Positions 56,929 to 64,000 of a stretch of DNA of 64,000 nucleotides are shown one piece after another; positions within the stretch are counted from its first letter, which is position 1, and each line of letters starts with the position of its first letter. This DNA comes from Amphiscolops sp. MND2022. Its lineage: Eukaryota. A program made the position numbers and the translations under genes. Under the pieces are notes generated by a model. That model made no database searches. It worked only from the letters and a program-made list of their open reading frames with translations, and had not been told where the DNA came from. Location of the stretch: NCBI GenBank assembly GCA_964187785.1, contig OZ076420.1, positions 36,394,001 to 36,458,000 on the forward strand, read 5' to 3'.

Positions 56929-59900
56929 ATGGACCCATCTGCGCGACACCGCCTGCCTGCACCCCAGAACGCTGCGCGTGCCCAACCATCCACTAGGAAC
57001 GACCCACCTCCAATGATGAGCGAGATAGATGGTCGAGTCGACCAGCTAGCCCTCGTCCAAGACACCCTTCTAAACGGAGCGACACCTACAATGATTACTG
57101 GCTTTGCCATGATCATCGCCCAAACCCAAGCTCAAGCTGAGTACCCTGATATTAGCTTCACTATCACCAGCCGAGTCGGCCCGATAGAACGCTCCGCCAC
57201 TTTTCGCGACGGCACCTGGCAAGGGTATGACTTGACCCATAGCCTCATAGACCCTCGCTCTCACGTAGTCTATGGAGAACCTACCAGGCCTCCCATGGAT
57301 CAAGAACGATCACTCCGTATTTCACAGTCAGCACTACAGACATTACAGACGCAAACTACGACCCCGTTGCCCTCACCGCACCCGGTGCAGTTCAGCTGCA
57401 CTTTGCCAATCGTGCCACCCCCAGTACTAACACCGCCCATGCCCCTGGCATCGGAAGGCATTCGCCTACTGACCACCCCATCCTCTACCTTCATGCCTCC
57501 ATCTACCTTTCAGGGGGGAGGGGTGCAAGTAGACAATACAGCAAGTGCTACCCTGAGCGAAGAACAGCCCAGGAGAACGGTGACGTTCAAAGATTCATAT
57601 GAAGAATTAACTCAGACGTCTTCCAGAACCGAATCTCAAGTCTCGGAACCTCCACAAGCCTCAGAACCAGCTAGCCTAGTAGGCTTCCAAATGGACCCAC
57701 AATTCCGAGAACGTCAGCGAGAACAACAAAAAGCAGAAAGTAAGGCAGCCAACACTGTGGTAGACCTCCGGGAGAAAATAAAAGCTGGAAAGCGAGCCAG
57801 AGAGGCGATCATGCAAAGCAAACAATCGAGCTCGACCAGTGCCCCGCAACCCTTGTCTGCCTCACCTACGCAACCAGAAACAAGGAGACCGAGAATAACA
57901 CACGAACTCCTAACACATTCGGAAAAACGGCAGCTGGATATCACTGCACGCGACGCACTGCGTCTGCAGCGGGAAATACCAACCACAACGCCACCAGAAG
58001 ACCCTCTACGACAGAAATTCGAGACCGCAACGGGAACTGGGGACTACGCCACAAGGCAGAAAATAGAAAAAGCCACAGTGGGAGTACTCTACAATCGTCC
58101 CGTCAAGAAACCAGTGTTCACTCAAGATGGATGCCCCCCATGGTTCAATCGCATGCGAGCAGAATTGGAGAGAGTGAACTCGACATACATGCGTATTCCT
58201 GACAACTTCCTCCGACAGCGCCCTGGCCGCTTCGACGAAGACCGCTTGCGAACAAAAAACTATGCGAGGGACCCCATTACAATCCTGCCCATGGGAAAGG
58301 ATCTCTTGCAGAAAACCAGAATAGCCTTCTTCGTCGACTCGACGATGAAGTCTTCATTCAACTCTCACAACACCCTTATGGATGTCAGAATAATGAACAT
58401 GCCCTGTACAACACTGAACGAAATGGCAGAAGTGACCGACAAAGTATTCACCCAAGCGGGAACAGAGACCATCCCATTACCTCCGTTGCTGGTATATTCA
58501 AATGTTATAGATCACCTCGCTTTGCGAGGGACCTTGGAATTTTTCCGACCAGACCACGAAAGATTTACTGAGGGGTTCGTCACCGACGAAGTGACCAACT
58601 ACGTGGAGACAATGGCGAATATTGCCCAAACTATGCGCAGAAGGAAAGCTGTCACTGGAACGGTATTTATGTCGCCTCCAGGCTACATGCACCTTCCTCG
58701 GACCCTTCAGCAATTCTTATACCTAGTAATGGAGGCAGCGTACGCAAGAGATCTGGCCTTTTACATTGTGGCCCCCAATTTACGCATCAGCAATAATAGC
58801 TGGCGCCCTTGTGAAGCCTCTTACCCAGCCTTCATTGCTGAAGTCTCAAAGGCCCTTCAATCATACGTCGGTTACCGTGGAAACTCCCAAATGGTAGTGG
58901 ATGAAGCAGCAGCATTCGACTACGGGATGGAAATGGCTCGCCGATCATTGAATGAACGTGGAGACAGAATCGTAAACGACCCAAACGAAAGTGAGCGCAA
59001 TAACCTGGTGGATAACCTCTGGTTTGAACGCCGGGACGAGTCAACTGTAGACGAAAAAACACACGAACCCAAGTTTCACAAGGAACTCACAAAGCTAATG
59101 AAAGAAACCGAGACGGTTCTGGGTGATAGAAAGAATTCCTCCATCTTCCCCATGGCTCAAATATCATTAGATGCTGAACCTGGGCAAAGATCGCCGACAT
59201 TGGCCATGCTGTTGATACTGGCTCGAGACGTTATACAAAAGAATATTCAAGAGCCGACACACACGTACCAAACATGGCACGATCAACTACGAGAACCTTT
59301 GGGCCAAGTCGCGGACCGACTGGGTATAACATTTCCCGTATTTCTCCACAACATCTCTCCCTTCTGGCTTCCTTCCTTAGTACAAGCCGAGTACGGCCTA
59401 GATGAGCAGCGAATGCGACTCTACATGGAGGCCATGGAAAGAGCGACCGTTAGTGAACTACTAGCGTACCTGATGGCCGTGGGGTTAACCATGATGTACA
59501 GAGGACCATCGGCCCTCATACAAAAGTTCGTGCTCAACAAGGGAGGCTCAGCCCTGTTCAGCTTCCTAGTCTTCTCGCAGAATCAAAGAGGTTGGATATC
59601 TGCGCTCATTGAAACCCTAGACCCAGCGGGTTCCTTGAAATTAAAGACGCAGCTGGACTTAAACGTTCAAGCACTGCTAGTGTGGATTTATTCCACCTGG
59701 GTCAATGTCTCGGGCGTTATGCATCCTCTGGATGAGTGCCCAGCTATTAACCGAGACCCCAATCAACTTCCTGGGTTCCTGTTCCCTACACAAGTTGCAA
59801 CACTAATGCTCGTAGAAACAGAGGACCTAATGCCCCTCATTGCTCCGATAGTCTGGCCCATCTTCGGCGCAGTCATGGCCCTACGCTATCCAACGCAAAC

Positions 59901-61023
59901 CCTGCGAGTGGCAGCAGTGAGCCCTTCCCTCTCGATTCTACATTTCGTGACCTCTGATGGGCCCCTTCAGGGTCCCACCTATCAATCAGTGATACACAGC
60001 TTTGCCAACTTGCGACCTCCCTTGGCGTATACCGTAATCAAAGACCGCCAACAAGTGGAACACAACTATCTCTCCTTGATCAAGGCGAGAGCACGTAGCT
60101 CGCTCCCTTTGCCGATGGAAATCCATCCTGTAGTTTGGCTGCACACCCCTATTGATCCAAATAATGGAGCAGTGGCGACATTCGAAGGGTGGGACGTGCC
60201 AGTTGTCCTGCGTATCTTGAGAACAATTATCCAAAGATTGGGTGGTCGTCGAAAAGGAGAAGAACCTACTAGGTTATTGTATCCCTATGCGTGTGACACT
60301 TCCAGAATATATTGTGCGAGGACAGAGCCCCGCGAGCACACCGCCAGAATCTTGAATACCATTACGTGTTGGGCCCAGCCGGAGCTCGTGGACCTCGCTA
60401 TACACCAGACCTTCCAACAGCTGCCGACAACTATTCCGACAGTAGCCAAGGAACCAAGCAAGAAAGATTTGCCCGTGAACACTGACGTTCCCAGCAATCC
60501 GCGTATGGCACTAGAGATATTCGTGCGCCTGCATGGTCTCCAACGAGAACGTACTCGAGCAGTGGGCGAAGAGTACGCTAGGGGAATACGAACGTTCAGG
60601 CAGCTGTTCATCCAATATGGCCACCAAGAATTAGCGGACGGTTTGCCGAACTTGGAATCACTCGAAGCTATCCCGGGAATTAGCGATTTGAGCGAAGCTG
60701 CCTCTGGCAGCTCTCGCACCGCCTTCCCCACACCCCACGTGAGTCAAGACTCCAATGAAATATTGGTGGAAAGAGCACAAGATGATGTGCCAGACGTCAT
60801 GCCACCATCAGGGGAACCTATGACTGGTAATAACTTCACGTTCTCTGACGCCACCACTCCTGTAAGAGATGAAGTGGAAACCAATATCTCGAACTTGGAG
60901 GCAGCGGACATAGAGTCAGAGCTCAATAATCTGCTGACAATAGACGAAGAGTATCAGAACACAGTGGATGCCATGGGCAACACCTCAGTCCAAGAAACCC
61001 CACAGGATCAACTGCTGGAATAA
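56929..61023 (+). CDS. Accessory ORF2 in env position (~1,364 aa) with SGNH-hydrolase-like domain
   Basis: First ATG at 56929 (the track starts at TTG 56881); no stops. P/T/S/Q-rich N-terminus, charged coiled coil, SGNH-like blocks at ~58321-58860, hydrophobic helices at ~59450-59890, acidic tail. Confidence 0.88.
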   Translation: MDPSARHRLPAPQNAARAQPSTRNDPPPMMSEIDGRVDQLALVQDTLLNGATPTMITGFAMIIAQTQAQAEYPDISFTITSRVGPIERSATFRDGTWQGYDLTHSLIDPRSHVVYGEPTRPPMDQERSLRISQSALQTLQTQTTTPLPSPHPVQFSCTLPIVPPPVLTPPMPLASEGIRLLTTPSSTFMPPSTFQGGGVQVDNTASATLSEEQPRRTVTFKDSYEELTQTSSRTESQVSEPPQASEPASLVGFQMDPQFRERQREQQKAESKAANTVVDLREKIKAGKRAREAIMQSKQSSSTSAPQPLSASPTQPETRRPRITHELLTHSEKRQLDITARDALRLQREIPTTTPPEDPLRQKFETATGTGDYATRQKIEKATVGVLYNRPVKKPVFTQDGCPPWFNRMRAELERVNSTYMRIPDNFLRQRPGRFDEDRLRTKNYARDPITILPMGKDLLQKTRIAFFVDSTMKSSFNSHNTLMDVRIMNMPCTTLNEMAEVTDKVFTQAGTETIPLPPLLVYSNVIDHLALRGTLEFFRPDHERFTEGFVTDEVTNYVETMANIAQTMRRRKAVTGTVFMSPPGYMHLPRTLQQFLYLVMEAAYARDLAFYIVAPNLRISNNSWRPCEASYPAFIAEVSKALQSYVGYRGNSQMVVDEAAAFDYGMEMARRSLNERGDRIVNDPNESERNNLVDNLWFERRDESTVDEKTHEPKFHKELTKLMKETETVLGDRKNSSIFPMAQISLDAEPGQRSPTLAMLLILARDVIQKNIQEPTHTYQTWHDQLREPLGQVADRLGITFPVFLHNISPFWLPSLVQAEYGLDEQRMRLYMEAMERATVSELLAYLMAVGLTMMYRGPSALIQKFVLNKGGSALFSFLVFSQNQRGWISALIETLDPAGSLKLKTQLDLNVQALLVWIYSTWVNVSGVMHPLDECPAINRDPNQLPGFLFPTQVATLMLVETEDLMPLIAPIVWPIFGAVMALRYPTQTLRVAAVSPSLSILHFVTSDGPLQGPTYQSVIHSFANLRPPLAYTVIKDRQQVEHNYLSLIKARARSSLPLPMEIHPVVWLHTPIDPNNGAVATFEGWDVPVVLRILRTIIQRLGGRRKGEEPTRLLYPYACDTSRIYCARTEPREHTARILNTITCWAQPELVDLAIHQTFQQLPTTIPTVAKEPSKKDLPVNTDVPSNPRMALEIFVRLHGLQRERTRAVGEEYARGIRTFRQLFIQYGHQELADGLPNLESLEAIPGISDLSEAASGSSRTAFPTPHVSQDSNEILVERAQDDVPDVMPPSGEPMTGNNFTFSDATTPVRDEVETNISNLEAADIESELNNLLTIDEEYQNTVDAMGNTSVQETPQDQLLE

Positions 61024-61583
61024 AGGAGTCCTCTGGACCCTCAAGACTGTTAGAACATAATTGAGCATAAAGGACCCTGTCGTCAATATATTAATGCCAA
61101 TTCTTGTGCTATACCATCTTACTGGTGCTGAAAACTTTCAGTGCAATAAACCTTAATTCCTGAGTTTTGTTTGATGTATATTATACTTTGCTACCATTGT
61201 AACAATGCAATATAGTTACATCCTCTGGGTGGGTCCCGGCTCGGTGCCCTCCCGTTTTGATTTGAATTGGAAACTTCTACCAAGCCCAAAAGTTGTTATT
61301 ACTCATCTGGCCGCGCAGGGGCCCTATTTTAGAAAAAGAAATTTTAACTTGAACTGAGTAGTTAGTGAAAAAACCTTTTAAAGAAAGAATCCGACTGCAA
61401 AATTTTTAATTTAAAAATCAGTGCTTTTTGAATTCGATGGCTTTAAGGTGCTAGACATGTAGTAGTGAGGCGAAAAGAATAATAGTGTGATATCAACGTA
61501 TCTTTGACATAAGACCTTTTCTGTGGACCTCAGAGTACCCTTTGGGTGCGAGCATCCTCTCGTTTGCCGAGGACGACAAACTA

Positions 61584-61597
61584 CGGCCCGGGGAGGA
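61584..61597 (+). other. Gypsy-2 polypurine tract
   Basis: ...CGGCCCGGGAGGA immediately before the 3' LTR TG. Confidence 0.7.
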
Positions 61598-62307
61598 TGT
61601 AACGTCCACCAGTCAATACCAAATTTTCGTTGAAAAATTCGTTCAAGAACCAAAAAAGGTGCGAATCAAAATGGCCGACCTGGCAGGTCCTTAAAGCCCA
61701 TAAAAAAAAGAAAGAGAGAACGAGTGAACAAGAAGAATGACAGAAGAAGAAAAAGAAGTAGACGACTGACGACATGAAGATCCATGGGATAGAATTCAAA
61801 GAACGTTACCCGGTGCTGTGTCCTCCCTGGGAGAGCAGAGCCACTCCAGAACTACATGATCGGATCCCCGAGAACCCACAAACAGTAACTCCATTCCCAC
61901 TCGGGGCTTATCCCCTTGATTTTGTTGATTTATGTCAATGTATTTTGCTATTTTTCCCATGCCTGACCTTCTAGGTCGGCATTTCATGCCCATGACTGTT
62001 GAAATGACAATTTTCGGATAAACACACTTTTGGACCTCGGAAGTATGTAGGAGATGGCAGGAACGCGCTAAAACCTTAGGATACGTTTTTACAGGCTTGT
62101 GGGGCGTGTCCGGACTTTGAGAGTGCCGGCGCGTTGCCTCGGAGCTCTAATTAGAGGAGTCTCCTTAGACGTTAGAAAAGTCCCCCATGGAGACCATTTT
62201 GGGATGAAAAACTAGTGTCTAGGTATGTAGTAAGACAACGGTCTCCTGTTTAAGCATCCTAGGCATTATCCCTCTTCCTAGATGTGCGCCGCTAGCCGGA
62301 CGTTACA
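61598..62307 (+). repeat. Gypsy-2 3' LTR
   Basis: Offset 18334 from the 5' LTR; same termini. Confidence 0.96.
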
Positions 62308-62321
62308 AAATGTGTGCATTG

Positions 62322-62868
62322 TAGGCATCCGATGTTTTTCTATTCTTTTTTATTTTTTTTTCTAAACAAGCAACTCTTTATCTGTGAGAAAATTTTAAAG
62401 TATAATTGATGTGTGTATTGATACTGAAGTAAACTGTTCTCAATCCATGTTTTGTCGTATGCCAATGTTAATTTAATATAAATTATCATAATTAGTTTTC
62501 ATCGCAAAAGTTCATCGTGGGGATTTTTCCCTCCAGATGCCTGATTCTAACCAAAGGAACCATAACTAGTTACGATAATTCATTTTTAATTAGCATTGGA
62601 ATACGGAAAAAATTAAATGGGAACAATTTCATTCAGAATCGATACACAAATCAATTATACTCTAAAATTTTCTCAGATATTAAAGAAATGATTGGTAATT
62701 ACCAATCTGTGAGGAAAATTATACTCTAAAATTTTCTCAGATATTAAAGAAATGATTGGTAATTACCAATCTGTGAGGAAAATTATACTCTAAAATTTTC
62801 TCAGATATTAAAGAAATGATTGGTAATTACCAATCTCTTAAGAGGAAAACTGAAAAATCGGATGCCTA
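62322..62868. mobile_element. MITE-like element with TA-flanked inverted ends and an internal tandem array
   Basis: TAGGCATCCGAT(G)TTTTTC at 62322 vs GAAAAATCGGATGCCTA at 62852-62868. The terminal TA is compatible with a Tc1/mariner-type TSD. Confidence 0.5.
62653..62836. repeat. 64-bp tandem repeat, 2.9 identical copies, each with an 18-bp palindrome
   Basis: Units start at 62653, 62717 and 62781; each contains GATTGGTAATTACCAATC. Confidence 0.92.
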
Positions 62869-64000
62869 AAATAAACATTCGAACGCAGATTTTTTTGGAG
62901 CTAAACGTTTTAAGGTTACACCGTGAATTTAGCTTTTTTCATTTGATTACGATGCAAAAGCTCTAATTGAATGTATTTTCGTAGTTGATAAAATTTTTCA
63001 TCGCCTTTTTCGAACAAAATTGTAAGAGGCAGACTTTGATTGGCAGACTTTTTCTCTCGCAGTTGAAAAAAATTGAAACCATCGATGGAAAAATTTTGCA
63101 CTTCCCTATGCAATGATTTTCAGCCGATTTATTGAATGCCCACCACGGCAATGTGACATTGGTGGACGTTTCAGTTGAATTCGAAGGGACTTTGAGTTTA
63201 TAACATGGCACAATCGCTGAAGCAAACCACAAGGATGTGACATTTCAGCAACGTTGCAGTTAAATTTGAAAAGACTTCAAGTGAAAAAATGACATAATCG
63301 TTCAAGAAATTACACTCAGAAAATCAGGAACTTTAAAAGCTGTCAGAAAAACTTGCCGTTCAAAGAAATGGCCGCAAAATTATCAACAAGATTGTAACAT
63401 TGCTGAAAGGTTTTAAAATGCAGCAAACATTTTCATGTTGCATCAATGCTGGGGGTTTTTTGTCACCAGTTGAAAAATATGGAACTGTTCAAAAATTTAC
63501 ATTTACAATTTTTTTCTATGCAGAGGTCTGAAAGTCTTTTTTTGGTTGAGGTTACTCTGTTTTCAAAATCAGTATGAGGTACTTACGAAATGATATTAAC
63601 AGAAACAAATATTTTCAACAACGCATTTCGATATCACCTTGGAAATATACTCTCAGTTTGCAAAAATGACCAACCGTGCCTTCGAGATGGAGACGGATTG
63701 TTGCATTGAAACGGATAAAACCGCCGGTTTCTTTTTACCGAAACTTAAATTTTGTTGGGTGCTGGTACAAGTGACAGACTGACTGGGCTTCAGCCTCTTG
63801 CTATGATTTTGACGTAATTATTGGAACTGCAATTCTAATCTCCTTGAAATCTAGCAAGGAATCTAGAAAGATAGAATTTTCCAAATCACACTGACGTTCA
63901 AATGGGATCCGTTAAACGTGAAACTTATTGTTGTAATTTTAATCAGGTTGAACCCGTTAAAAATGGAGAAGTTGCTGAGGTTTATTCATAGCATTTTAAA

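Larger units (their letters stand above)
43264..62307 (+). mobile_element. 19.0-kb young Ty3/Gypsy LTR retrotransposon (Gypsy-2) with two uninterrupted ORFs
   Basis: 710-bp LTRs with one mismatch seen; PBS; PPT; 9.7-kb gag-pol ORF and 4.1-kb second ORF without stops. Confidence 0.96.

Noticed and set aside
56929-61023. ORF2 (and Gypsy-1 ORF3) as env
   Set aside because: Env-like position only; no signal peptide, furin site or C-terminal anchor pattern seen.
1-64000. tRNA/rRNA genes
   Set aside because: Only PBS-length tRNA complements seen; no cloverleaf or rRNA-like sequence recognised.

Overview
AT-rich, repeat-dense animal genomic DNA, about 75% retroelements. It resembles an acoel/invertebrate genome, but that is an unverified impression. 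I found no rRNA, tRNA gene or CRISPR array. Left to right: (1) an intact CR1/L2-type LINE on the minus strand running off the left edge; (2) an old BEL/Pao LTR element (4826-31782, minus); (3) a 21.1-kb Ty3/Gypsy element (5243-26363, minus, 1.6-kb LTRs, ACATT target-site duplication) inserted into the BEL 3' UTR. Element 3 has a decayed gag-pol, a 190-codon ORF inside its LTR, a non-env sense ORF3, a six-exon ANTISENSE gene for a BED-finger/hAT-like protein, three separate 32-bp-period arrays sharing one core motif, and two internal duplications. Further right: (4) a decayed L1/Tx1 LINE; (5) probable spliced host exons of a multi-pass, GPCR-like gene; (6) a young, uninterrupted 19.0-kb Ty3/Gypsy element (43264-62307, plus, 710-bp LTRs with one mismatch seen). 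Element 6 encodes a ~3,220-aa Gag-Pol with a doubled protease-like region and C-terminal macrodomain-like fold(s), plus a ~1,360-aa ORF in the env position with an SGNH-hydrolase-like fold. Small MITE-like/foldback repeats are scattered throughout. The accessory cargo of the two giant Gypsy elements is the most interesting content. All domain calls are by-eye motif matches and need profile or structure searches.
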